Shown here: one piece after another, positions 30,439 through 40,555 of the stretch
Numbering within the stretch: the first letter of the stretch is position 1
Layout: each line of letters opens with the position of its first letter
Origin: Candidatus Omnitrophota bacterium
GTDB lineage: Bacteria > Omnitrophota > Gorgyraeia > Gygaellales > Profunditerraquicolaceae
Direction of reading: 5' to 3'
Assembly (NCBI GenBank): GCA_041662125.1
Contig: JBAZTA010000001.1
Coordinates: 324,761-388,760 of the forward strand
Length of the DNA: 64,000 bases
Translations under genes and position numbers: made by a program
The notes under the pieces: model-generated
Database searches by the model: none
What the model saw: only the letters and a program-made list of their open reading frames with translations
What the model was told of the DNA's origin: nothing

Positions 30439-31530
30439 TTAAGGATATTCGCCCGCGCGGGCAATATTCATCAGAATACCGACGCTAATCATGTCAAAAA
30501 TAAACGAAGATCCACCATAACTGATAAAAGGCAGCGGCAGCCCTTTAGTCGGTAATACCCCGCAAGAAACCCCGATATTAACCATTGCCCGGATACTTAA
30601 CATTAACAATAATCCCAGGCTTAAGAAATAACCGAATTTATCCGGCGCGTATTTTATGACCTTGAGCCCCTGATGCACGAAAACAATAAACAGGATAATT
30701 ACCCCAATGGTACCGATCAGGCCCAATTCTTCACCAATAATGGAAAAAATAAAATCAGTATGGGCTGCGGGAAGAAAAAACAATTTTTGTTTCGAATGGC
30801 CTAACCCTACGCCGAATATCCCCCCTGACCCTAAAGCTATCTGTGATTGAATGATCTGAAAACCGCTCCCCTTCGGATCAGCCCAGGGATTCAAGAACGC
30901 CATGATACGCATCCTGCGGTAAGGAACACTGAATATCAACACATATAAAAGCGGCAGCCCCGCCAAAACCACGGACATAAGATGGGTCATCCGAACGCCA
31001 GCGATAAAAAGCATTACAAAAACTACTACCCCCAATGCCAGGGATGTCCCCAGGTCAGGCTGCAGGAGCATCAACAACACACTCCCTCCTAAAATCAACA
31101 TAATCGGCAGGAAACCCCAAACAAAAGACCGTAAAGCATCTTTCTTACGGACAATAAAATCCGCGATATAAATAATAACCGCGATATTGGCTAATTGCGA
31201 AGGCTGAAAACTGATGAATTTAAAACGGAACCAACGCTGGGCGCCTGACACTTCCCTGCCTAACCCCGGGATCAAAACTAATACCAGTAAACCAAAAGCA
31301 ATTAATAAAAAAGGTTTGGCGATCAACCTTAATTTCTTGTAATCAATCGCCATAATAAAAAACGTCAGCAACACTCCCACGAGCAGAAAAATAATGTGCC
31401 GCTTCAAAAAAAAGAAACCATCTCCGTATTTTTCCCAGGCATAGATACAGGAAGAGCTGTAAATCATCACGATGCCAATACAGATCAAAATAATGGTCGT
31501 GATAAATAATTTAATCCGGATAACGCGCAT
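30439..31530 (-). CDS. ftsW: SEDS-family divisome glycosyltransferase FtsW.
   Basis: FtsW/RodA family membrane protein between murD and murG. Confidence 0.85.
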   Translation of the reverse strand: MRVIRIKLFITTIILICIGIVMIYSSSCIYAWEKYGDGFFFLKRHIIFLLVGVLLTFFIMAIDYKKLRLIAKPFLLIAFGLLVLVLIPGLGREVSGAQRWFRFKFISFQPSQLANIAVIIYIADFIVRKKDALRSFVWGFLPIMLILGGSVLLMLLQPDLGTSLALGVVVFVMLFIAGVRMTHLMSVVLAGLPLLYVLIFSVPYRRMRIMAFLNPWADPKGSGFQIIQSQIALGSGGIFGVGLGHSKQKLFFLPAAHTDFIFSIIGEELGLIGTIGVIILFIVFVHQGLKVIKYAPDKFGYFLSLGLLLMLSIRAMVNIGVSCGVLPTKGLPLPFISYGGSSFIFDMISVGILMNIARAGEYP

Positions 31531-31536
31531 AATACT

Positions 31537-32799
31537 TTAACGTCTTGCTAATTCTGCGACTGCCTGTTTGAACACCCTGCCGCGATGTTCATAATCAGTG
31601 AACATATCAAAACTTGCGCACATAGGAGACAATAACACACTATCACCTGCCTTTGCCAAGGTATAGGCAAGACGCACCGCATCTGGCAAACTCGCTGCCG
31701 CATACACCGGCAATTGCCCCTGGAAAACAAGCTTCATTTTCTCTTGAGCTTGCCCGATCAGGATCGCATGCTTTACTTTTTGCCTGGCTAAATCAAGGAT
31801 GCTCCGATAATCATTGCCCTTATCTTTTCCTCCGGCTATTAAGATCACCGGCCCGGGTATCGAACGAAGCGCCCACATGGCTGAATCAACCGTCGTAGCC
31901 TTTGAATCATTAATAAACCTGACCTTGTTTATTTCAGCGACAACTTCCATACGATGCTCCACCCCTTTAAACTCAGCAAAAACTTCTTGCATCAAAGCTT
32001 TTTCTATTCCTAAAAGAGAACCGACTGCCATAACAGCGCAATGATTCGGATTAAAGTCATCGTTTTCATTAAAATATACGATCCGTGACCGGGCTTCCCG
32101 CTCAATCGCAACAGAAACCGGGTCACGCCGGTTTAAAACTAAATAATCCGATACCCCCTGATTTAAGAAAATACGTTTCTTAGCCTGAAGGTACGCATCC
32201 ATATCCTTGTAACGGTCAAGATGGTTGCGAGAAAAATTCAACAACACCGCGATAGCCGGCCGGAAAGTCGTTATTTTCTCCAGCTGGAACGAACTGATCT
32301 CAAGAGAAACAAAATCGCTTTCCTGCATTTTATCGACTTCCCCGGAAAAGGGGTTACCGATATTACCGCAGACAAAGACCTTTTCTCCTTTTTTCTTCAA
32401 CACCTCACCGATTAACGTCGTCACGGTTGTTTTTCCGTTTGAACCGGTTACCGCAATGACGCGCGCCGGGCAAAGCGACCAGGCAAATTCTATTTCACTA
32501 ATAACAGGAATCCCGAATTCTTTTGCCCACACCAAGGGCATTGCCTCATCAGGTATGCCCGGGGAAACCACAACCAAATCCCTCCCCTTTACTATTGCTG
32601 GAGTATGCTTGCCCAGCTCAAAGGAAATATCCCGAGAAAGCAAACGGGAAACATTAAGCCGTGTCTGCGCATCATCCTTACTATCCGTTACGCTGACTTC
32701 TGCGCCCAATCGATAAAGCAGGTTAGCACAGGCCAGGCCGCTGCGCGCAAAACCAACCACAGAAACTTTTTTATTTTTATACTGCTGTGTATTAATCAT
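31537..32799 (-). CDS. murD: UDP-N-acetylmuramoylalanine--D-glutamate ligase.
   Basis: GSNGKTTVT Mur ligase motif in the dcw position. Confidence 0.9.
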   Translation of the reverse strand: MINTQQYKNKKVSVVGFARSGLACANLLYRLGAEVSVTDSKDDAQTRLNVSRLLSRDISFELGKHTPAIVKGRDLVVVSPGIPDEAMPLVWAKEFGIPVISEIEFAWSLCPARVIAVTGSNGKTTVTTLIGEVLKKKGEKVFVCGNIGNPFSGEVDKMQESDFVSLEISSFQLEKITTFRPAIAVLLNFSRNHLDRYKDMDAYLQAKKRIFLNQGVSDYLVLNRRDPVSVAIEREARSRIVYFNENDDFNPNHCAVMAVGSLLGIEKALMQEVFAEFKGVEHRMEVVAEINKVRFINDSKATTVDSAMWALRSIPGPVILIAGGKDKGNDYRSILDLARQKVKHAILIGQAQEKMKLVFQGQLPVYAAASLPDAVRLAYTLAKAGDSVLLSPMCASFDMFTDYEHRGRVFKQAVAELARR

Positions 32800-32822
32800 C
32801 GATATACCCGCCCGCCATTACC

Positions 32823-33911
32823 CTAGCGGATTTTCAGCGTTACGATCGTCAAGAGAGCCAAGAGGCTGGCTATGATCCAAAACCTGACAATAATTTTATT
32901 TTCCTGCCAGCCGAGGAACTGAAAATGGTGATGGATGGGCGCGATCTTAAATATACGTTTTTTGGTCAAGCGAAATGATGCGACCTGCAAAATGACTGAT
33001 AAACATTCAACAACAAATATGCCGCCGACAATCACCAGTAAGAGCTCTTTCTTAATCAGGAGTGCTACGATCCCTAATGCGCCTCCCAGCGCTAAAGAAC
33101 CGACATCACCCATAAAAATCGAAGCAGGATGGCAATTAAACCACAAAAACCCTAATCCGGCCCCTAAAATACTGGCGCAAAATACCGTTAATTCCCCGCT
33201 CCCCTTAATATAGGGAATAAATAAATATTCGCTGAAGTTAATATTGCCTGAAACATAGCATAAAACGCCGAATGCTACTGACGCCATGATAACCGTTCCG
33301 ATCGCCAGGCCGTCAAGCCCATCAGTAAGGTTGACGGCATTGGAGGAACCAGTGATAACGAGAATGACAAATAAAATATAAACCATCCCTAAATTTATGG
33401 AAACATCTTTCAAGAACGGGATATCCAATCGGGTCGTATTGTTCGCATCGAAAAACAAGATGGTCCCGATGATCAGCCCGAGAATGATCTGACTGGTAAA
33501 TTTTGAGGTCGCCGTTAAGCCTCGAGAGCACTTCCTGATATGTTTCTGATAATCATCGATAAAACCGGTCACTCCCAGCCACAACGTGCCGAACAAAACG
33601 ATCAAGACATTTTTATTTAAAAAATCTGACCACAGCGCCATAGAAACAAAAATTGCCACGAGTATCAAAATTCCACCCATGGTCGGAGTCCCCTGTTTTT
33701 TGCTGTGCAAATCGTATAACTTCGCGCTCTCTTCTTTCCTGATATTCTGCCCAATCGATAAACGCGTAAGGACCTTGATCATCAACGGCCCCAAAAGCAG
33801 GCTGATAAAAAACGCGGTCACCGTTGCCATGCTGGCTCGAAAGGTTATATAACGGAATATATTGAAAAAGGAGATGACATCATGTAAGGGGTAAAACAAA
33901 TAATACAACAT
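32823..33911 (-). CDS. mraY: Phospho-N-acetylmuramoyl-pentapeptide transferase.
   Basis: GTPTMGG and NAVNLTDGLDGLA motifs. Confidence 0.95.
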   Translation of the reverse strand: MLYYLFYPLHDVISFFNIFRYITFRASMATVTAFFISLLLGPLMIKVLTRLSIGQNIRKEESAKLYDLHSKKQGTPTMGGILILVAIFVSMALWSDFLNKNVLIVLFGTLWLGVTGFIDDYQKHIRKCSRGLTATSKFTSQIILGLIIGTILFFDANNTTRLDIPFLKDVSINLGMVYILFVILVITGSSNAVNLTDGLDGLAIGTVIMASVAFGVLCYVSGNINFSEYLFIPYIKGSGELTVFCASILGAGLGFLWFNCHPASIFMGDVGSLALGGALGIVALLIKKELLLVIVGGIFVVECLSVILQVASFRLTKKRIFKIAPIHHHFQFLGWQENKIIVRFWIIASLLALLTIVTLKIR

Positions 33912-33927
33912 ACGAGTGAGCTCTCAG

Positions 33928-35337
33928 TTATTTAAAAAGGTCTTCCATTTTCATGAGGCGAGACCCCTTGATTAAAACAACATCATCTTTATCCGGGGAT
34001 ATCTTTTTAAATAAAATGTCTTTCGCCTGACATGTTGAATCACAGGTAAATATATTCTTACTATCAAAACCGCTTCTCTGGGCAGCTTGGGCCGCCAGAC
34101 GCGAAAGCTGGCCTACGGCAACAATAATATCACACACGCGCGTTGCTTCTTCTCCAGCTTTTGCATGATACAATGCTTTACCGCTGCCCAATTCCAGCAT
34201 ATCGCCCATGACAAAGATTTTCCTGCCCCGCGCCGCGCAATGAGACAACGCATCCAAAGCCTGCTTCAACGATGCAGGATTGGCATTATACGAATCATCA
34301 ATAAATGTTATATTTTTGAACTTCTTCAGTGTAAGCCGTTTATCCGGGAATTTGAAACTCGCCAAACGCGCGATAATATCCGGATACCCCATGCCAAAGA
34401 TACGGCCAAGAGTAATAGCCGCCAAAGCATTAGATACATTATAATATCCCAAGGTATTTAAAGTAAATGTATATTTTCTACGGGCAGGGGCAGCCGAAGA
34501 TGTGGCTCTCGGGTGGCGCATGCAAAACCGCAATTTTCCGCCAGCATAGCTCACGGCAGAAGCAGTAAAATCGCTGGATGCAGAAACTCCAAAACCGACG
34601 CTCAAAACATCCTCCCCCGGAGCAATGATTTTTTGATATAACGCAGCATCATCAGCGTTCAACACGGCAAGAGCCGGGCATTCTAAATGTTTGATCAATG
34701 AATATTTCTCTTCTGCCACTCCCGCTAAATCATGAAAATGTTCCAAATGCGTTGGCCCGATATTAGTGATGACTCCGATCGAAGCACGGCAAATATTCGC
34801 AAGGTTCGCCACTTCCCCAAAATGGTTGGTCCCGACTTCTAAAACCGCGATCTCATGACGGCTGGTTAATTTCAATAAAGCTAACGGTAACCCGATATGA
34901 TTATTCTGAGTCCCTTCATTCTTTAATACGCTATAACGCTCAGACAAAACCCAGGAGATCATTTCTTTGGTCGTCGTCTTTCCGTTTGAACCGGTGACCG
35001 CAATAACAGGGATCGAAAACCTTTTACGGTGGAAACAGGCAATATCACCTAACGCCTTGACCGTATTATCAACTTCCAGGATTGCCGTTCTTGATGACTG
35101 ACGGCGTATTTTCTCAGGAACAGGGTTACCCTTTTGTTTAATGATACAACCAGCCCCTTGCTTAATCGCCGCATCAATAAAATCATGTCCGTCAAAATTA
35201 TCGCCTTTGATGGCAATAAAAACCTGTCGGGGCAAAATCGTCCGGGAATCGATTGAAACCCCTTTCATGCTACCGCCTCCGCCGCCCTGGAGAACGCGGG
35301 CGCCGGTTGCTTCTCTTAGTTCATCAATTGTAAACAT
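33928..35337 (-). CDS. murF: UDP-MurNAc-tripeptide--D-Ala-D-Ala ligase.
   Basis: GSNGKTTTKE motif in the dcw position. Confidence 0.9.
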   Translation of the reverse strand: MFTIDELREATGARVLQGGGGGSMKGVSIDSRTILPRQVFIAIKGDNFDGHDFIDAAIKQGAGCIIKQKGNPVPEKIRRQSSRTAILEVDNTVKALGDIACFHRKRFSIPVIAVTGSNGKTTTKEMISWVLSERYSVLKNEGTQNNHIGLPLALLKLTSRHEIAVLEVGTNHFGEVANLANICRASIGVITNIGPTHLEHFHDLAGVAEEKYSLIKHLECPALAVLNADDAALYQKIIAPGEDVLSVGFGVSASSDFTASAVSYAGGKLRFCMRHPRATSSAAPARRKYTFTLNTLGYYNVSNALAAITLGRIFGMGYPDIIARLASFKFPDKRLTLKKFKNITFIDDSYNANPASLKQALDALSHCAARGRKIFVMGDMLELGSGKALYHAKAGEEATRVCDIIVAVGQLSRLAAQAAQRSGFDSKNIFTCDSTCQAKDILFKKISPDKDDVVLIKGSRLMKMEDLFK

Positions 35338-36836
35338 TTCTTGATCACCTTTCGGTCGTCAAAAGCTACAACGGTATTCTTTAATATCTGATAATCTTCA
35401 TGCCCTTTCCCCGCTACCAAAACAATATCTTTTGCGCCTGCGATGGATAAAGCTTTCTTTATAGCTTCACAACGGTCAGCAACCACACAATAATTATCTT
35501 TTGTGATCCCGTCAGTAATATCATCCAGGATCAAGGCAGGATCCTCAGAACGGGGATTATCACTGGTAATAATCACGTAATCCGCTAAGAGGGAAGCTAT
35601 TCTGCCCATTTTCGGGCGTTTCGCCTTATCACGCTCACCTCCGCAGCCGAAAACAACAACAATCTTTCTTTGCGCGACTTGGCGCAATGCCCCAATAACG
35701 TTTTTAAGCGCATCATCAGTATGGGCATAATCAACAAAAATACATATATCACGGTCGCAGTTTACCCGCTCAAGCCGCCCCGGCACAGATTTAAATTTCT
35801 TAAGCGCTTGTTTCATGACCCGGACATCCAGCCCCGCATGGATCCCCCAGGCAACCGCAGCGAGTATATTGTACACATTATGACGGCCAATGAGTGCGGA
35901 CTTTATTTGCATCTTGGCACCCGGGACCAAAAGCGTAAACCGGGTCGATCCCATATCCATAGAGATATCACGCGCCATAACATCTGATTTCCGCTCAATG
36001 CCATAGGTAATAACCTTCGCCTGCGTTAATCTTTTTAGTTTTCTGCCATATGGATCATCATTATTAATAACCGCGCCCGCGTGGCTTGACAATCTTTTAA
36101 ACAACTTCGATTTAGCGTGGAAATATTTCTTGAGAGTCTGGTGATAATCCAGATGGTCATGCGTGAGGTTAGTAAAAACCGCCGAAAAGAAATCTATGCC
36201 GTCGCAACGCTCCTGGTCCAGGGCGTGCGATGAAACTTCCATCACCACACTATCAACGCCGCGGCGGGCCATAGTATCAAACATTGCCTGCAACTCAAAC
36301 GGCCCCGGAGTCGTATTTTTCGACGGGATCAGGCAATCTTGAAACCGGTAATTAACCGTTCCGATCACCGCAGGAGTAGCCCCCGACTCTTTCAGGATTG
36401 CTTCTATCAGGTAGGAAACCGTCGTCTTACCATTGGTGCCGGTAATACCGGTGATTTTCATTTTTGAAGACGGATGGTGATAAAATTCAGCAGCTAATCG
36501 CGCCGCTGCTTTACGCGTATCGGTAACTTCAATAAATACCGCTTTTGTTTTTTGAGAAGAATACCGTGGCACAGAAGGACGCAAACCAGCCGCAGGCTTA
36601 AACACGATTGCAGACGCCCCGCGGTGAAGTGCCTCTTGAATAAACACATTGCCATTCTTACGAGCCCCTTGCACTGCGACAAAAACAAAATTCTTCTGAA
36701 CCGTTTTTGAATTACAGCTTATCCCGCGAACCGGCACGTTAAAAGATGGCTTCCGAAACAAAGCAGATGTGTCACAATACTGCTCTATTGATCTAACGAG
36801 TTCTCTCAGATTCATGTAACGCGGCAATTTTCTCAT
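35316..36836 (-). CDS. murE: UDP-MurNAc-L-Ala-D-Glu--2,6-diaminopimelate (or Lys) ligase.
   Basis: GITGTNGKTT and a DNPR-like C-terminal motif (TSDNPRSEDP). Confidence 0.9.
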   Translation of the reverse strand: MRKLPRYMNLRELVRSIEQYCDTSALFRKPSFNVPVRGISCNSKTVQKNFVFVAVQGARKNGNVFIQEALHRGASAIVFKPAAGLRPSVPRYSSQKTKAVFIEVTDTRKAAARLAAEFYHHPSSKMKITGITGTNGKTTVSYLIEAILKESGATPAVIGTVNYRFQDCLIPSKNTTPGPFELQAMFDTMARRGVDSVVMEVSSHALDQERCDGIDFFSAVFTNLTHDHLDYHQTLKKYFHAKSKLFKRLSSHAGAVINNDDPYGRKLKRLTQAKVITYGIERKSDVMARDISMDMGSTRFTLLVPGAKMQIKSALIGRHNVYNILAAVAWGIHAGLDVRVMKQALKKFKSVPGRLERVNCDRDICIFVDYAHTDDALKNVIGALRQVAQRKIVVVFGCGGERDKAKRPKMGRIASLLADYVIITSDNPRSEDPALILDDITDGITKDNYCVVADRCEAIKKALSIAGAKDIVLVAGKGHEDYQILKNTVVAFDDRKVIKKCLQLMN

Positions 36837-38517
36837 ATGACTGGGTTGACTTTAAATATTTCAAAACATCCGCCGCGACATTCTTAAATACCGGCGCGGC
36901 AACAACGCCTCCATAATAATACGGATGGGGCTCATCAAGAGTAACGACAATCACAACCTCCGGATCTACAGCAGGAGCAAAACCGATAAAAGAACCAATA
37001 AATTTATTGTGTGAATAGGCCCCGCTGGGCTCCAACTTCTGAGCGGTCCCTGTTTTACCAGCCACCCTCAAACCGGGGATTTTTGCCAACTGGCCTGTCC
37101 CGCTTTCAACCACGCCGGTAAGTATTTTCCTGATACGGGCTGCCGTATCGGCAGAAAGCACTTTACGGATCAAAAGAGGGAAAAAGCGCTTAATCGGCTG
37201 GCCCAGAGGATCCCTGATTTCTTTTACGATATACGGCTTCATCAAATTGCCGCCATTAGCTATAACGGAAGTCGCCGCGCATAATTGTAACAAGGTAACA
37301 CCGACCTCTTGCCCTATGGGTATCGCGGCGATTGAATTCTTTGACCAAAACCGGGGCTCTTTGAGCATCCCTGAGATCTCGCCGGGAATATCAATCCCTA
37401 ATTTTGAACCAAAACCAAAACCATTCGCATAACGATACACGATATCGCCGCCTAAAAGTTGCGCTACTTTAGTCGTTCCGATATTACTGGATTGTTCAAA
37501 GACTTCGCGAAAGCTCAACCAACCGTGCGGCGTATGGTCATGCAAAACATGGTTAGCCACGCGCCATGCCCCGTTTTCGCAAAAAAATTTATCTTCCTCA
37601 GAAGCCTTGTTTTCTTCTAAAGCGGCAGAAGCAGTAACGATCTTAAAGACTGAACCGGGCTCAAACAAATCACATATCGCGCGATTACGCCTGAGATCAG
37701 CGTGAGATCCAGAGTACTCATTCAAATCAAAGGTAGGACGGTTGGCGAGCGCAAGGATCTCCCCCGTATAAGGATTCATAACAATAATGCTCGCACCCTG
37801 CGCATTGTAATTCTTAAAAGCTTTATCAAGTTCCCGCTCGGCGATATATTGAATGACCTCATCAATAGTTAAGATGATATCATTGCCGTCAGAAGCAGCA
37901 ACCATCTTGTCAGAGAGGTCTAACTTTTTCTGACGGGCGTCCCGAATGATTAACGACCATCCGTCTTTCCCTTTTAAATACCGGTCAAAACATAACTCAA
38001 TGCCATCCAAACCGGTATTATCCAAGCCGGAGAAACCAACAATATGGCTGGCCAAATATGAATTCGGATAACATCGTTTGCTTTCCTTAAGCCAACCAAT
38101 ACCTTTACATTTAAGGTTCTTGATCTCTTCGCTCTGTTGGGGAGTTACTTTACGCGACAACCAAACAAACGATTTCTTACGTGTTAATTTTTCTTTTAAA
38201 AACTCCGCAGTGGTATTAAGGATAGGCGCTAATTTCTTAGCGATTATTTCTTTATCTTTTGCAGGGATATCGCGGGGCGAGGCATAAAACGAATCAACAG
38301 CCAGATTAACTGCCTGCGGCCGCATATTTATGTCATAAATAGTCCCGCGCCGAGGCTCTAATTCAACGAACAAACTTTGTTGTTTTCGGGCGATTTCTGC
38401 AAGATATGCGCTGCGGAAGAATTGAATGTAGAAAACGCGGGCGGCACATACGCCAAGAAACAAAAGGAATAATAAGAATACCGCCTTAACTTTGCGGCGA
38501 TAACTGAATATATACAC
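36793..38517 (-). CDS. ftsI: Penicillin-binding protein 3 / FtsI, the divisome transpeptidase.
   Basis: SVFKIV (SxxK), SSN and KTGTA motifs with an N-terminal TM. Confidence 0.9.
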   Translation of the reverse strand: MYIFSYRRKVKAVFLLFLLFLGVCAARVFYIQFFRSAYLAEIARKQQSLFVELEPRRGTIYDINMRPQAVNLAVDSFYASPRDIPAKDKEIIAKKLAPILNTTAEFLKEKLTRKKSFVWLSRKVTPQQSEEIKNLKCKGIGWLKESKRCYPNSYLASHIVGFSGLDNTGLDGIELCFDRYLKGKDGWSLIIRDARQKKLDLSDKMVAASDGNDIILTIDEVIQYIAERELDKAFKNYNAQGASIIVMNPYTGEILALANRPTFDLNEYSGSHADLRRNRAICDLFEPGSVFKIVTASAALEENKASEEDKFFCENGAWRVANHVLHDHTPHGWLSFREVFEQSSNIGTTKVAQLLGGDIVYRYANGFGFGSKLGIDIPGEISGMLKEPRFWSKNSIAAIPIGQEVGVTLLQLCAATSVIANGGNLMKPYIVKEIRDPLGQPIKRFFPLLIRKVLSADTAARIRKILTGVVESGTGQLAKIPGLRVAGKTGTAQKLEPSGAYSHNKFIGSFIGFAPAVDPEVVIVVTLDEPHPYYYGGVVAAPVFKNVAADVLKYLKSTQSYEKIAALHESERTR

Positions 38518-38557
38518 CCTGATATATGTTTAAAGGAATATGTTAATCACAATAGCG

Positions 38558-39016
38558 CTATTCCACTGCTACTTTATAAATCTTAAGATCGCGGTTCTGT
38601 GAATTTTTACCGAAATATTTAGAACGATTCGACGGAATGCCGGCTCCTGCCTCAATAGTTTGCGCCTGTGCCTGCATCTTAATGCCGAAAAGACGGGCTA
38701 AAACATTCTCACTTTTCGGCTGAACACGGCTCACTAATCCGAAATTCTCTTTTTGAGAAGCTAATTTAACCAAACAATAGCTTTCAGGCATTTGGAAATC
38801 TTTACACCCTTCGACTCTATTGCCGATATTGATCAGGGAGGTTTTACGCTTTAAATTATATCGTAAGACAGAATTATTATCAAGTGAATCCTGAAATATG
38901 GTTTGGCTCTTCTGCCCGGTATAGGCAAGACGGATAATCTCCGTTTGTTGCCAGACATACAAGACAGAGAAAAAAGTTACGAAAACAGCGATGATAAGAA
39001 ACCTGGATAGCTTCAT
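38558..39016 (-). CDS. FtsL-like small bitopic division protein, assigned by position.
   Basis: N-terminal TM (FLIIAVFVTFFSVLYVW), between rsmH and ftsI. Confidence 0.45.
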   Translation of the reverse strand: MKLSRFLIIAVFVTFFSVLYVWQQTEIIRLAYTGQKSQTIFQDSLDNNSVLRYNLKRKTSLINIGNRVEGCKDFQMPESYCLVKLASQKENFGLVSRVQPKSENVLARLFGIKMQAQAQTIEAGAGIPSNRSKYFGKNSQNRDLKIYKVAVE

Positions 39017-39027
39017 ATGGTTAAAGG

Positions 39028-39933
39028 TTATGAAACAAAAATCTTCTCAGCAACCCGAAACTTTGCACTCCGGCTCGAAGGGTTCAGCGATACTTCCTGC
39101 TGCGACGGGGTAAGCGGCTTGGGAGTAATGATCTTGATCCGCCCGCATGCTGCTTCCTTACGAAACGTTACCTTCACCGCCCGGTCTTCCAATGAATGAA
39201 ACGCGATCACGCATATCCGCCCTGCGGGAGAAAGACGCCCAATCGCTTTATTGATCGCGATATCCACCGCTTCTATTTCACGGTTAACAGCAATACGCAC
39301 TGCCTGAAACGTCCGGGTAGCCGGATGAATACGCTGGTGGCCCCGGTACCGCGGAGGGATTGCTTTAACGACAATATCGCTTAATTGTTGCGTTGTTGCG
39401 ATCGGATGTTTCTGCCTCTCGGCAACCAAATATCGGGCAATACGGTTATGCCAGCGCTCCTGGCCGAAAACCCATAAAAGAGTCGATATTTCATCTTCAT
39501 TCAGATTATTTACCAAATCATACGCACTGATATAACTGTTTTTATCCAAACGCATATCCAGAGGCCCCTGGCTCTGAAAACTAAACCCCCGTTCGGGATC
39601 CTCCAACTGATACGAGGAAATACCCAGGTCAAAAACAAAACCATCTACCTTCTGCACCTGGCAGGAATCAAGGACCGTATCGAGATCCAGAAAATTACTA
39701 TATACAAACTCACAGTGCTTACGGTAATCAGACAAACGCTCCTCTGCGCGCTTGAGCGAATCTTCATCCCGGTCGATACAAATAAGCTTACCTGCGGGTA
39801 AAATGCGCTTAATGATATTAATGCTATGGCCGGCGGTACCTACCGTTGCATCAACAATGATTTTACCGGGAGCTAAATTCAAATAATCCAAAACTTCCGT
39901 AAGCATTACGGGCGTATGTAATTTCTCTTCCAC
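39028..39933 (-). CDS. rsmH: 16S rRNA (cytosine1402-N4)-methyltransferase RsmH/MraW.
   Basis: SAM-MTase motif VDATVGTAGHS with FDLGISSYQLE. Confidence 0.9.
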   Translation of the reverse strand: MEEKLHTPVMLTEVLDYLNLAPGKIIVDATVGTAGHSINIIKRILPAGKLICIDRDEDSLKRAEERLSDYRKHCEFVYSNFLDLDTVLDSCQVQKVDGFVFDLGISSYQLEDPERGFSFQSQGPLDMRLDKNSYISAYDLVNNLNEDEISTLLWVFGQERWHNRIARYLVAERQKHPIATTQQLSDIVVKAIPPRYRGHQRIHPATRTFQAVRIAVNREIEAVDIAINKAIGRLSPAGRICVIAFHSLEDRAVKVTFRKEAACGRIKIITPKPLTPSQQEVSLNPSSRSAKFRVAEKIFVS

Positions 39934-39958
39934 GATTCTATCTTTAAACTAAGAGCCC

Positions 39959-40399
39959 TCAGGCGGGCTCGATTAATTTTTCAGCGATCTGTTCAAACGA
40001 CTGTTGCCAATTACCATAAAACTCTCCCCACTTGTCTTTTGACCAGATTTCTATCCTGTTTGAAACACCGACGACAATAATCTCTTTCTTAATTTCAGCA
40101 TAATCCTTTAAATATTGCGGCAGTAAAATCCTGCCCTGCCGGTCGGGAGTGGCCTCGATGGCGCCTGAGAAATACAAACGGTTAAAAATACGCGACTCCT
40201 GCTTGGTAAAAGAAACAGCTTTAAATTTCTGCTCTTGCGCGCGCCATTCCTCTTCCGCAAACATAAAAAGGCATTTATCTAACCCTCGCGTCACAAAGAA
40301 TTTCTCAATAAAATTCCCCTTTGCGACCTCGCGGAATCGAGAAGGCAGAATAAGCCGGCCCTTACGGTCTATAGAATGAACATATTCTCCATAGAACAT
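39959..40399 (-). CDS. mraZ: Transcriptional regulator MraZ.
   Basis: Two SpoVT/AbrB-like MraZ repeats (DRKGRLILP ... DRQGRILLP); first gene of the dcw cluster. Confidence 0.9.
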   Translation of the reverse strand: MFYGEYVHSIDRKGRLILPSRFREVAKGNFIEKFFVTRGLDKCLFMFAEEEWRAQEQKFKAVSFTKQESRIFNRLYFSGAIEATPDRQGRILLPQYLKDYAEIKKEIIVVGVSNRIEIWSKDKWGEFYGNWQQSFEQIAEKLIEPA

Positions 40400-40412
40400 A
40401 CGTACATCCCTT

Positions 40413-40436
40413 CCACTTTATACCACCTTTTACCAC
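40413..40436 (-). promoter_or_regulatory. Three direct GTGG repeats at 10-nt phasing between the promoter and the mraZ start, a putative MraZ operator.
   Basis: CCAC on the plus strand at 40413, 40423 and 40433. The minus strand reads GTGGTAAAAGGTGGTATAAAGTGGAAGG. Confidence 0.6.
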
Positions 40437-40447
40437 TTTGTATCAAA

Positions 40448-40476
40448 AGTATAGACAATAATTGATCCGTTGTCAA
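40448..40476 (-). promoter_or_regulatory. Sigma70-type promoter of the mraZ/dcw operon.
   Basis: The minus strand reads TTGACA-N17-TATACT (-35 at 40471-40476, -10 at 40448-40453). Confidence 0.65.
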
Positions 40477-40555
40477 GTTAAAAAATACATAAATTACTGG
40501 TAATACTAGGTATAGTAGTAGATAAAGCTATTGTGTGGATATATTGTGGTATAGC

